DNA of 64,000 nt from Aulosira sp. ZfuVER01 (GTDB lineage: Bacteria > Cyanobacteriota > Cyanobacteriia > Cyanobacteriales > Nostocaceae). Below the pieces are notes generated by a model, which was not told where the DNA came from, ran no database searches, and worked only from the letters and a program-made list of their open reading frames with translations. Shown one piece after another: positions 40,436-49,963 of this stretch (its first letter is position 1; each line of letters opens with the position of its first letter). The stretch spans positions 1 to 64,000 of the forward strand of contig JAVRCV020000024.1 in the NCBI GenBank assembly GCA_034530615.2, read 5' to 3'. The translations under genes were made by a program, and so were the position numbers.

Positions 40436-43400
40436 TCATCTACCTGTTTCCAATGCTCCCAGGCTGAGAAGGTTCGACTTTTGGGCTGCTGTCAAACCTG
40501 TAATTTCGTAAATATTCATTTCCTGATAAATTTGTTCTGCCTTAAGGGTGTTGACACACTGTTTGGTTTGTATATCCCAAAATTTCACGGCAGCATAGGC
40601 ATCTCCTGCAATTAGGGTGTTACCTGCTGGACTAAAGGCAAGACACATTACCCAGGTATTATGAACTTCTAAGGTGACAAGGCGATCGCCACTGGCTACA
40701 TCCCAGAGTTTGATTGTGCCGTCACTACTGCAACTAGCCAACATACTACCATCAGGGCTAAAGGCGATCGCCCACAGCAAATCTTGATGTCCGGGGAGAA
40801 CGTGGAGACATTCGCCTGTTTCTATATCCCACAACCGGGTCATTCCTTCAAAACTGCTACCTGTGGCGAATGTTCTCCCATCTGGACTAAAAGCGACACT
40901 CCAAACCCAATTGTGATTACTTGTGAGAGTTTGATAACATTGCCGAGTTTCTAAATCCCAAATCCTCACTGTTTGGTCAAAACTCCCGGCTGCTAGCTTT
41001 TTACCATCAGGACTAAAGGCAATTGACATTCCCAAGTGTACTGGAAAAGTATCGAGGAGTTGCCCTGTGACGGTATCCCAGAGCCTAATGTGGTTATCGT
41101 AGCAGCTACTTGCTAAAAGACGACCATCGGGGCTAAAAGCGACTCCTGTCACCATACCTGTATGCCCATGCAAGATTTTAGTACACTGACCAGTGGCTAC
41201 ATCCCATAACCTAATTGTGCGGTCAGCGCTGGCACTGGCTATGGTGCGTCCATCAGGGGTAAAGTCTACAGAGAAAATTAAATCTGTGTGTCCATATAAA
41301 ATGCGACATTTACCATCATTTGTCCATAAACGCACAGTTCGGTCTTCACTGCCAGTAGCGATCGTGTCAGGGAAAATGGGATGATAAGCGATCGCTTTAA
41401 TCCAATTATTCCTACCTTTAATTACGCGGAAGCATTCACCACTAGCCACATCCCATAACCGCAAAGAAAAATCATCTGCACCGCTAGCTAGCTGGGTTCC
41501 TTGAGGGTTAGCAGCGATCGCATTCACAGAGTTATTATGCCCTTGCAAAGTCTTGAGACATTGTTGAGCACTAATATCCCAAAGCCGAATTGTACAATCT
41601 ATGCTACAGCTAGCTAGGATATTGCTGTCATCGACAAAAGCGATCGCTAGTATGCCATTCAAATGTCCTGCTAAAACTCCGAGGCAAACACCACGCTCAA
41701 TATCCCAAAGCCGGATTGTTTTGTCTAAGCTACCACTGGTAAGGACTCCTCTTGAACTGAAGGCTAGGGATTTGAGCCAATCAGTATGACCTTCTAAGGT
41801 TTGAATGCAGTCACCTGTAGCTAGATGCCAAAGCTTGATAGTGTGATCCTCACTACCACTAGCAAGAATGTCACTTGTTGGACTCAATGCCACAGACCAA
41901 ACTCTGTTGCTATGTCCTAGTAATGTTCTGGTACATTCCCCACTGCTGAGATCCCAAAATTTAATACTAAAGTCGGCGCTACTGCTAATTAATGTCTTAC
42001 CTTCATCGGTAAATCTGATACAAAGAACGCCGCCGTCGTGACCTTGGATAGTTTTGATACACTGTCGAGTTACAACATCCCAAAGCTTGATGTTGGCATC
42101 TTCTCCAGCAGTTGCTAAGGTACTACCATCTGGACTAAAAGCTATACTCCAGATAAAACCGATATGCCCTTGATAGTTAATTAATTGTTGAGTGCTGTTG
42201 ATATCCCACAGACCAAAATGACCGTCAAAGTGTGCTGTAGCTAAAGTCTTACCATCGGGACTAAAAGCGGTACCAACTACTGTAGTTAGGGTTTTAGCAA
42301 ATACAGAATTGGATAAATCTGCATAGGAAAAGTTAACTTGTTTTAGCGGCGTGTCTTGAAGATAAGCTTGCCAAATTGTGAGGTGAGAAAAATCATATCC
42401 AGTTAAATCCGTTTCCAGGTGACAGAGTAAGTTGAGGATATTACCACCTGTGTATGTCGGTTCCAGTTCTGGCGAGAATTTACCTGCGTTTTGTTGGAGA
42501 GATTTTTTTTGGAGCGATCGCAAAATCTCTTGCAGTCGAGTTTCAATGGCTTGTTTAGTTCGCAGTTTTTGCAGCAAGCGATCGATAATCGGTTGGAGAA
42601 TTAATTTAGTTTGAGCAACCCGGATGTAATCTTTGGATGTGGCTTTAATTAAAGCATGGCTGTGAAAGAGGATAGAGCTATTCGCTGTTTCCCCCAGAAT
42701 TTCTACACATACCAGCTGTATTAACTGATCTGTGACATACTCCATCACCACAGGTTGAAGCGTGAAATGGACAGGATTTTGCGGATTATCTGAATTACTC
42801 CTTCTGCCCTCTGCCTCTCCAAAGTTCCGATGCCTGTCGGCAAGCCCCTCCGGATCTACGGAGGAAGCCTCCGCTCGGACTTCTCTCTGCCTTCTGCCTT
42901 TTTCAATCAGACTGCGCCTGTTGAGAGACTCTAATGCCTCCAACAACTTCATCGAAGCCGCAGGTAAGACCAAATCGGCACGTAACTCTGCCAAATTTAC
43001 TGGTTCGCGATTGATTGCTAGCCAGAACATCAATTCTTGTTCCAGGTCAGAAAGACGATGAAATTGCTGGTTAATTAAGTCATAAATACTACCAAAGACA
43101 GTAGAACCATGAGCGAAAAATTCCGCTATATTACCATCAAATAATTCTTGAATCGTCGTAGCAATAATCTTCAGCGCTAGAGGATTACCTGTATAGTGTT
43201 GAATTAAGTTTTGCCAATCAGCATCTGAGCCACAAAAGAAGCTTTTAGTCCTGACTAATTCTAAAGCAGCGATCGCACTCAAGCCTGAGAGTTGCCAAGA
43301 ACGAACGGGTAAATTTTCGCCTTCTAAAGCTGCTACTTCCTGAGGTTTTTCTCGGCTGGTGAGCAAAACACAACTTTGATGCGCTGTTTCTCCCAGTTGT

Positions 43401-44248
43401 TTGAAGAGTTGTCCGTAGTTTTCATAACTAGGTTGATAGCGTCCCGATTGATCTCCACTAGCAAAGATTGACTCGGTATTATCTAGTATTACTAGGCAAC
43501 GATGCGATCGCAATTGCGTCATGAATTGTGAGACTAAATCTCCTACATTCTCAGATAAATTAACCGGCTGTCCGCAGGCAAAGAAATGAAGCAAGTTTAC
43601 CAGTAATTTTTCTAAAGGCGGACTGTTGCGTAGACTTCGCCACACTACAAATTCAAACTGTTCTTGAATCTGCTGCGCCAGTTTTACCCCTAAGGAAGTT
43701 TTACCAATTCCACCCATTCCTAGTAGGGCTACTAAGCGACAGCGATCGTTTACAATCCAATACTCTAACTTGCTAACTTCATCTGCGCGTCCAAAAAAAA
43801 TGGAGACATCAACAGCCTCACCCCAATCAACTCGATTTTGGATTTTGCGAAAAGTTGCGGTGCGGGGGTTCCCCCCGTTGAGCAAACTTTTCAAGACGGA
43901 TTTTGGATTTTGGATTGACAATGAAAAATTAGGAGGTTCTCCTACATCTCCCCCATCTCCCTGTGCTTCTCTAGTTCCCCCTACCCTCTGATAGTCGCTT
44001 GGTGTTAACTCTAATCTAAAAGCTCTAAAGAAATATTCTAGGGTTTGCTTATCTACACCTTCTGCTCGTGATAGGACTTTGGAAACTGTAAAGGGAGCTA
44101 ATTGAGTGCGATAGCTCAATTCTTCCAGAGTAAATCTAGCTCCATCATTTTCATGAATTTCTGCCTGATATCTAGCCTCTTGAAGCTTTTGAAATCCTGG
44201 GAGGCTGAGAATAATACCACGCCTGCGTCTTTGCTTATGTGATTCCAT
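40436..44248 (-). CDS. STAND NTPase: N-terminal HTH-like, NB-ARC/NACHT and WD40 repeats
   Basis: DWGEA, GMGGIGKT, LVILDN, LTSRE, GNPLAL, pentapeptide linker and numerous GH...WD repeats. Confidence 0.93.
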   Translation of the reverse strand: MESHKQRRRRGIILSLPGFQKLQEARYQAEIHENDGARFTLEELSYRTQLAPFTVSKVLSRAEGVDKQTLEYFFRAFRLELTPSDYQRVGGTREAQGDGGDVGEPPNFSLSIQNPKSVLKSLLNGGNPRTATFRKIQNRVDWGEAVDVSIFFGRADEVSKLEYWIVNDRCRLVALLGMGGIGKTSLGVKLAQQIQEQFEFVVWRSLRNSPPLEKLLVNLLHFFACGQPVNLSENVGDLVSQFMTQLRSHRCLVILDNTESIFASGDQSGRYQPSYENYGQLFKQLGETAHQSCVLLTSREKPQEVAALEGENLPVRSWQLSGLSAIAALELVRTKSFFCGSDADWQNLIQHYTGNPLALKIIATTIQELFDGNIAEFFAHGSTVFGSIYDLINQQFHRLSDLEQELMFWLAINREPVNLAELRADLVLPAASMKLLEALESLNRRSLIEKGRRQREVRAEASSVDPEGLADRHRNFGEAEGRRSNSDNPQNPVHFTLQPVVMEYVTDQLIQLVCVEILGETANSSILFHSHALIKATSKDYIRVAQTKLILQPIIDRLLQKLRTKQAIETRLQEILRSLQKKSLQQNAGKFSPELEPTYTGGNILNLLCHLETDLTGYDFSHLTIWQAYLQDTPLKQVNFSYADLSNSVFAKTLTTVVGTAFSPDGKTLATAHFDGHFGLWDINSTQQLINYQGHIGFIWSIAFSPDGSTLATAGEDANIKLWDVVTRQCIKTIQGHDGGVLCIRFTDEGKTLISSSADFSIKFWDLSSGECTRTLLGHSNRVWSVALSPTSDILASGSEDHTIKLWHLATGDCIQTLEGHTDWLKSLAFSSRGVLTSGSLDKTIRLWDIERGVCLGVLAGHLNGILAIAFVDDSNILASCSIDCTIRLWDISAQQCLKTLQGHNNSVNAIAANPQGTQLASGADDFSLRLWDVASGECFRVIKGRNNWIKAIAYHPIFPDTIATGSEDRTVRLWTNDGKCRILYGHTDLIFSVDFTPDGRTIASASADRTIRLWDVATGQCTKILHGHTGMVTGVAFSPDGRLLASSCYDNHIRLWDTVTGQLLDTFPVHLGMSIAFSPDGKKLAAGSFDQTVRIWDLETRQCYQTLTSNHNWVWSVAFSPDGRTFATGSSFEGMTRLWDIETGECLHVLPGHQDLLWAIAFSPDGSMLASCSSDGTIKLWDVASGDRLVTLEVHNTWVMCLAFSPAGNTLIAGDAYAAVKFWDIQTKQCVNTLKAEQIYQEMNIYEITGLTAAQKSNLLSLGALETGR
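42817..42886. mobile_element. Small structured repeat with a nested 27-bp insert, in frame within the STAND gene
   Basis: AAAGTTCCGAT|GCCTGTCGGCAAGCCCCTCCGGATCTA|CGGAGGAAGCCTCCGCTCGGACTT, lying between CTGCCYT heptamers. Confidence 0.7.
43847..43897 (-). mobile_element. 51-bp small dispersed repeat inserted in frame in the STAND gene
   Basis: GTCTTGAAAAGTT...AACTTTTCGC; removing it restores a (GGATTTT)n array. Confidence 0.8.
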
Positions 44249-44446
44249 CGGCTGACAGCGCTCACGCCAATTCGAGATTAACTTTACTAGTTTTCAGGCA
44301 AAATCATGAGTTTTATTAAATTATTATCGAAAGTTGGCGATCGCTATTTCTGGGTCTAATTTTTCACAAATATATGGAAAAAAGACAGAGTGTGGGAAAT
44401 ACAACAGAGTATAAACCCTCTGCCCTCTGCCCCTCTGCCTTACTTC

Positions 44447-44863
44447 CTAAGGCACAATCAGAACTGGACAAGGTGAAAGATTAATCACGCGGGTGGTGAC
44501 ACTATCAGTTGCGCCTTCTTCAGTTAAGCCCAAACCGCGACAACCCATAATGATTAAATCTGCCCCGATTTCGTCAGCTACATCACAAATAGTAAAAGCT
44601 GGCTTCCCTTGCCGTTCCAAGACTTCGGCTTTAATTCCTTGTTGAGAAAATAAAGTTTGGGCACTTTCGAGTAGTTTGGCAACTACCTCTGGTGACACCA
44701 TTGGATCGGCAACAGGTGCGTCTGCGGGCGGTTCTTCAACTACGGATAGTAGTACCAAACGACTACCATACTTTTGCACAACGTTAGTAACAACGTCAGC
44801 CGCTTCTCGTGCTTCCCGACTTTGATCGATGGGAAATAGAACTGTCTTGAACATCTCTCTCAC
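44447..44863 (-). CDS. Universal stress protein
   Basis: FKTVLFPID, GKP..ICDVA, LIIMGCRG, SVT..V...PCPVLIVP. Confidence 0.93.
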   Translation of the reverse strand: MREMFKTVLFPIDQSREAREAADVVTNVVQKYGSRLVLLSVVEEPPADAPVADPMVSPEVVAKLLESAQTLFSQQGIKAEVLERQGKPAFTICDVADEIGADLIIMGCRGLGLTEEGATDSVTTRVINLSPCPVLIVP

Positions 44864-44943
44864 CTCCGTACCCCTGACTCTTGTAAAATCTTGATGGTTC
44901 TACTTTCAAAACAATAACAAAAAGGCGATCGGAGGGTCTGGCT

Positions 44944-46146
44944 GTGTCCAAAAAAACTTTAGCAAATTTATCTGCAACAGATGTATCTGGTAAACGTGCC
45001 TTAGTGCGGGTGGATTTTAACGTGCCTTTGGATGACCAAGGCAACATCACAGACGATACTCGTATTCGTGCCGCTTTGCCAACTATCCAAGACTTAACGC
45101 AGAAGGGAGCTAAGGTAATTCTAGCAAGCCATTTTGGTCGTCCCAAGGGTGTGGATGATAAATTGCGTTTGACTCCTGTTGCTAAACGACTGTCCGAATT
45201 ACTGGGTCAAGAAGTCATTAAAGCTGATGACTCTATCGGTGATGAAGTTGCTGCCAAAGTTGGGGCTTTACAAAACGGCCAAGTGCTGCTTTTAGAAAAT
45301 GTCCGCTTCTACAAAGAAGAGGAAAAAAATGACCCAGAATTTGCCAAAAAGTTGGCAGCCAATGCTGATTTTTATGTCAATGATGCTTTTGGTACTGCAC
45401 ACCGCGCCCATGCTTCTACTGAAGGTGTAACTAAATTCCTGAGTCCTTCTGTGGCTGGATATTTGGTAGAAAAGGAATTGCAATATCTGCAAAGCGCGAT
45501 TGAAAATCCTCAACGTCCTTTGGCAGCAATTATTGGCGGTTCCAAAGTTTCTAGTAAGATTGGTGTGATTGAAACACTGCTAGAAAAGTGCGACAAGCTG
45601 ATCATCGGCGGTGGAATGATTTTCACCTTCTACAAAGCCCGTGGTTTGAATGTTGGTAAGTCTCTGGTAGAAGAAGACAAGCTAGAACTGGCGAAGACTT
45701 TGGAAGCTAAGGCTAAAGAACGCGGTGTTACCTTCTTGCTACCTACAGATATCGTAGCAGCAGATAAATTTGCTCCTGATGCTAATGCTACCACTGTCAG
45801 CATCGACAACATCCCTGCTGATGGTATGGGTTTGGATATTGGCCCAGACTCAGTAAAAGTATTCCAAGAAGCTCTTGCAGATTGCAAGTCTGTGATTTGG
45901 AATGGCCCTATGGGTGTATTTGAGTTTGATAAATTTGCAGTAGGTACAGAAGCGATCGCTCAGACCCTCGCTGAACTAGGTAAAACAGGCGCTACCACCA
46001 TCATCGGCGGTGGTGACTCCGTGGCTGCTGTGGAAAAGGTCGGTTTAGCCGATCAAATGAGCCACATATCCACCGGCGGCGGCGCTAGCTTGGAGTTACT
46101 GGAAGGTAAGGTATTACCTGGTATTGCTGCTTTAGATGATGCTTAA
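44944..46146 (+). CDS. pgk: Phosphoglycerate kinase
   Basis: [45 protein letters not shown]. Confidence 0.98.
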   Translation: MSKKTLANLSATDVSGKRALVRVDFNVPLDDQGNITDDTRIRAALPTIQDLTQKGAKVILASHFGRPKGVDDKLRLTPVAKRLSELLGQEVIKADDSIGDEVAAKVGALQNGQVLLLENVRFYKEEEKNDPEFAKKLAANADFYVNDAFGTAHRAHASTEGVTKFLSPSVAGYLVEKELQYLQSAIENPQRPLAAIIGGSKVSSKIGVIETLLEKCDKLIIGGGMIFTFYKARGLNVGKSLVEEDKLELAKTLEAKAKERGVTFLLPTDIVAADKFAPDANATTVSIDNIPADGMGLDIGPDSVKVFQEALADCKSVIWNGPMGVFEFDKFAVGTEAIAQTLAELGKTGATTIIGGGDSVAAVEKVGLADQMSHISTGGGASLELLEGKVLPGIAALDDA

Positions 46147-46364
46147 ATAATTAGCTAGTCTTCTCATTTCTGTCAATTTTAGTAAGGGTGCGATCGTGCC
46201 CTTACTTTTTTATATTGGTCATGCAGGGCGATAACATTTTTTCATTAGTACTGTCTTCTACTTATTACCACTGTCGAAAATTCCCCCATCTTGTTCTTTC
46301 TAATGGTACAAGACAAGCAATTATAAAATGATGCAACCTGAGAGTAGTATAAATATCGTAAATT

Positions 46365-46760
46365 ATGGACGCTGCTAAACGCCTTGCTACTCTCAACCGC
46401 ATCCGCAAACTCAGCCGCCTCATGGATACATCTATACGCATTCCTGGGATAGGTTTTCGTATTGGAATAGACCCCATAATTGGCTTAGTTCCTGGTGCGG
46501 GCGATCTAATTAGTACCGGGTTTTCAGCTTATATCATATTTCTAGCCACCCGCTTTGGTATCTCACACCAAGACTTAGCCAAAATGATATTTAATGTTAG
46601 TTTGGAAGCCGTTGTTGGTACTGTACCTTTAGTAGGTGATTTATTTGATGCTTTTTATAAATCTAATATTCGCAATTTAGAAATTTTAGAGCAACATTTA
46701 ACAGCATTTGACCCAGAAATTGAGGAAGTACCTGTTGAAGTTTACACAAGTAAACGATAG
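46365..46760 (+). CDS. DUF4112 membrane protein
   Basis: MDTSIRIPG..RIGIDPIIGLVPGAGD, VPLVGDLFD..KSNIRN. Confidence 0.9.
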   Translation: MDAAKRLATLNRIRKLSRLMDTSIRIPGIGFRIGIDPIIGLVPGAGDLISTGFSAYIIFLATRFGISHQDLAKMIFNVSLEAVVGTVPLVGDLFDAFYKSNIRNLEILEQHLTAFDPEIEEVPVEVYTSKR

Positions 46761-46926
46761 AAAGCTTTCAATACTTCAGCACATACACTCAAGCTGTTAG
46801 ACACATTGCAAACTGGCTGATCTAAAGGTCTGAGGTGATAACCATTACAGTAATATAAGATACAAGAAGGTTAGAACACGTCGTAGCTCCAGCCTCTACT
46901 TACAAAAACTGAACTTAGATATATTA

Positions 46927-46959
46927 AACAACCTCACATCACTGTGGGGTTGTTTTTTT
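46927..46959. terminator. Hairpin/terminator upstream of the methyltransferase
   Basis: AAACAACCTCACA-TCAC-TGTGGGGTTGTTT followed by Ts. Confidence 0.6.
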
Positions 46960-47002
46960 CATGAGGCAGTAAAAAATCTGCTTCCTGCTAGGATAATTCC
47001 TT

Positions 47003-47845
47003 ATGTTAAAAAGTCCATTACGTTATCCAGGTGGTAAACAAAAGGCAATTCCTCAAATTGCTCATTATCTACCGCCTACATTTAAGGAATTCCGTGAACC
47101 TTTTGTCGGCGGAGGTGCTGTATTTTTTCATGTTTTACAGAAGTACCCTAGTATGCGTTGCTGGGTCAACGATCTCAACCCTGAACTCTACTACTTCTGG
47201 CATCAAGTCAAAATTAATCTACCAGAGCTGGTTGATTCAGTCTGGAAAGTAAAAAATCAGACAACAGATGGACGCACCTTGTTTAAATCTCTCGTCGCAG
47301 TCGATACAAGTACCATGAGTCCACTTGAACGAGCTGTAAGGTTTTTTATTCTTAACCGGATTACCTTTTCGGGGACTATTGAGAGTGGCGGTTACTCTAG
47401 CGCTTCCTTCAAAGGTCGGTTTACAGACTCTTCGATTGAGCGATTAGCAGCTTTGGATGGTTGTTTTGTTAATACCCGTGTGACTAACTTTGACTACAGC
47501 ACCCTACTTAAAGAACCTGGGGAAGATGTATTTATCTTTCTAGATCCACCTTATCTCAGCAAGACTCAATCTAAGCTCTATGGTAAAAAAGGCGATTTGC
47601 ATACCTGTTTTGACCATTCTCACTTTGCCAAACTGATGTTGGAGTGTTCACACAAATGGTTGATTACTTATGATGACTGCGAACAAGTGCGACATAGCTT
47701 TTCTTTTGCCTACATTTATGAATGGGAGTTGCAATACGGGATGAACAATTATAAACAGGAAAAGGCAGACAAAGGCAAGGAGCTTTTCATTACTAACTAT
47801 CCTGTTGAAGCATACAATTTGCCTACAATTATGGAGGTTGTATGA
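47003..47845 (+). CDS. D12-class (Dam-like) N6-adenine DNA methyltransferase
   Basis: LRYPGGK, EPFVGGGAV, VNDLN, FLDPPY. Confidence 0.93.
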   Translation: MLKSPLRYPGGKQKAIPQIAHYLPPTFKEFREPFVGGGAVFFHVLQKYPSMRCWVNDLNPELYYFWHQVKINLPELVDSVWKVKNQTTDGRTLFKSLVAVDTSTMSPLERAVRFFILNRITFSGTIESGGYSSASFKGRFTDSSIERLAALDGCFVNTRVTNFDYSTLLKEPGEDVFIFLDPPYLSKTQSKLYGKKGDLHTCFDHSHFAKLMLECSHKWLITYDDCEQVRHSFSFAYIYEWELQYGMNNYKQEKADKGKELFITNYPVEAYNLPTIMEVV

Positions 47846-47960
47846 GGGGAAATATACCAATTCAAAATTAAGAATTTGAAAATTGCGAGAGATAGATTGC
47901 CAAAAAGCTTATTCACTAACTCTTTGACAATCTAAAATCCAAAATGGTACAAATTCTTCC

Positions 47961-48087
47961 CTTCTGCCCTTCGGGTGACGCTCCTTCTCCCAAGAGGAGA
48001 CGCTTCGCGAACGTCGCTAACGCCAGTCGCTCATGAGAGAAACCCCCAAGACCACGCTGGCTCACCTTCTGCCATCTGCCCTCTGCT
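47961..48087. mobile_element. Cluster of nested small dispersed repeats within CTGCCYT heptamers
   Basis: GC-rich hairpins (GCCAG..CTGGC, TCTCC..GGAGA) flanked by cttctgcc repeats. Confidence 0.55.
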
Positions 48088-48119
48088 TTTCTTCCTCCAA
48101 TTTAAATTAGTCTTCTCGC

Positions 48120-49352
48120 TCAAGCATGGACTAATCTACTATCTTGAACTTGACTTTTCGCTACAGTATCTTGGTAAATTTCTGCCTTAAGAGGTCTATA
48201 GATCAACTCATACCAAGAATGACCAACTCGTGTATCAAATTCTTGTGGTTGACCGCGCATAAATAAGTGCAGGCATTTTGCAGATTTGCCCGGTAATAAC
48301 TGCCAAGAAAAACAACTTTTATTGCCTTCATGGGGGTGTGTTACCGATTCGATATGCAGGTTAGTTGCTAAACCATAAGCTGCATAAGGTTCTGTTGTTG
48401 AACCAACGGCGAACCAATCGGGAACAGGGAAGACTTGCTCAATGTCCTGTGTTTGTCCCAAATTCATGTGAGCAAAGTATTGTAGCCCAAAGTCAAGATT
48501 AACTATTTCTGCACCTTCTACTCTGTCTTCTTCAGCTTTAGGTTTTCCTTTGACGAATGATTCCTCAATCAAATAATCTGCACCAACATATAAGCTGATG
48601 ACCCGATAAAGTTCACACACTAAATGACGGTTGTGACCTGTAACCGGATCTGGCCCCATATAATCAAAGGGTTCGGAAGCTATGGTAATTGTTGCACGTA
48701 CAGGGCCACTAGATTGAGATACTAAGCGATAAGAATGATTGAACAAAGAGACTTGATAGTAAGGTGATTTGGGATAAGAAAGTCCTGGTAACTGGAGTTT
48801 ACTCACCTGCATACAACGCTTTTCGGGATCTTGTCCCAACCATTCACCCGCAGCCGCCCGGAACGGATCGAGCATCTCTTGGCGATCTAACTGGACGCTG
48901 CTAGCTGAACCAGAAAACCAGTTGTGTTCGTTGTCTTCGGGTGCAGGTATAAAATTAAACCAGATAATCAAGCGGTTATTGACAAACCGGACTCCCCGTT
49001 CTCGTCCATCGGAGCCGTAGACTACTTCTAAATATGGTTCACCGATTCCTGGTGGTATAGCTTTACCTCTGTCTACACGGATGAAAGTTGAGGCTAAGAC
49101 ATTATCTTCCGTTCCTGGGGGAATGGGCTGGGATAAATGAATAACCAGGGTGTCACGGGAGGGATCTTCCGGGTCAATTCGGTCAATTTGAGCATTTAGC
49201 GGTTTATGTGTAAGGTCGCGCAGATCGCTTAATATGAGTTCTTCTGGTGGAATTTGAAATTGTTGGGCGATCGCTTGCCAAGGTATACTGCAAATACCGC
49301 TTCGCCAATAATTTGAGGGATTGAAAACAGTTAATAAATTAATGGATGGCAT
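48120..49352 (-). CDS. Hypothetical protein, 410 aa, beta-rich
   Basis: Long ORF with RBS GGAGG; no motif recognised. Confidence 0.75.
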   Translation of the reverse strand: MPSINLLTVFNPSNYWRSGICSIPWQAIAQQFQIPPEELILSDLRDLTHKPLNAQIDRIDPEDPSRDTLVIHLSQPIPPGTEDNVLASTFIRVDRGKAIPPGIGEPYLEVVYGSDGRERGVRFVNNRLIIWFNFIPAPEDNEHNWFSGSASSVQLDRQEMLDPFRAAAGEWLGQDPEKRCMQVSKLQLPGLSYPKSPYYQVSLFNHSYRLVSQSSGPVRATITIASEPFDYMGPDPVTGHNRHLVCELYRVISLYVGADYLIEESFVKGKPKAEEDRVEGAEIVNLDFGLQYFAHMNLGQTQDIEQVFPVPDWFAVGSTTEPYAAYGLATNLHIESVTHPHEGNKSCFSWQLLPGKSAKCLHLFMRGQPQEFDTRVGHSWYELIYRPLKAEIYQDTVAKSQVQDSRLVHA

Positions 49353-49441
49353 GAATTCGCCCTCCTGTAAATTATTTATGAAACTGCAATGATGGCTATA
49401 GCTTTGAAACTACGAGAAAAATTTGAGGAACTCGTGAGGAA

Positions 49442-49831
49442 ATGACTGAAATAAATTCTCAACAGCCTATTAATACTGTAGCTAAGATCCTGGAGAGCTA
49501 CGCATCAGGAAAACGAAACTTTAGCAAAGCGGAATTGGGTGATGCTAATTTACAAGGTGTTGACCTCAAAGGTTCTGACCTTAGCTATGCTGACTTCAGC
49601 CAAGCTGACTTGAGTGGTGCTAATCTTAGAGGTTCTGATTTAAGTTTTGCGGATTTAAGTCAAGCTAATCTTCAGGATGCAGATTTGCGGGGAGCTTTGT
49701 TATTTTCAGCGAATTTACGTTTAGCTAATTTAGCAGGCGCAAAGTTAGATAAAGCAGATTGCGATCGCAATACCCATTTTCCTGAAAATTTTGACCCAGT
49801 TCAAGCCGGCGTGCAAATTAAGGAAGGGTAG
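49442..49831 (+). CDS. Pentapeptide repeat protein
   Basis: A(D/N)LXX repeats after Y..GKRNF. Confidence 0.92.
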   Translation: MTEINSQQPINTVAKILESYASGKRNFSKAELGDANLQGVDLKGSDLSYADFSQADLSGANLRGSDLSFADLSQANLQDADLRGALLFSANLRLANLAGAKLDKADCDRNTHFPENFDPVQAGVQIKEG

Positions 49832-49837
49832 GAAAAC

Positions 49838-49955
49838 TCACGCAGAGGAGCCACTGCGTTGGACGGGTTTCCCGGCTTAAAGCAAGTGGCGTCACGCAAA
49901 GGCGCGGAGGAACGCAGAAAAACTTTGCGTTCCTCCGCGCCCCTCTGCGTTTAAA
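49838..49955. repeat. Palindromic repeat between convergent genes with an inserted small element
   Basis: GGCGCGGAGGAACGCA/TGCGTTCCTCCGCGCC hairpin; GCCACT...AGTGGC insert at about 49848-49892. Confidence 0.65.
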
Positions 49956-49963
49956 AATCCGGT

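Noticed and set aside
47975..48190. 71-aa plus-strand ORF
   Set aside because: It is a translation of nested repeats and overlaps the convergent gene.
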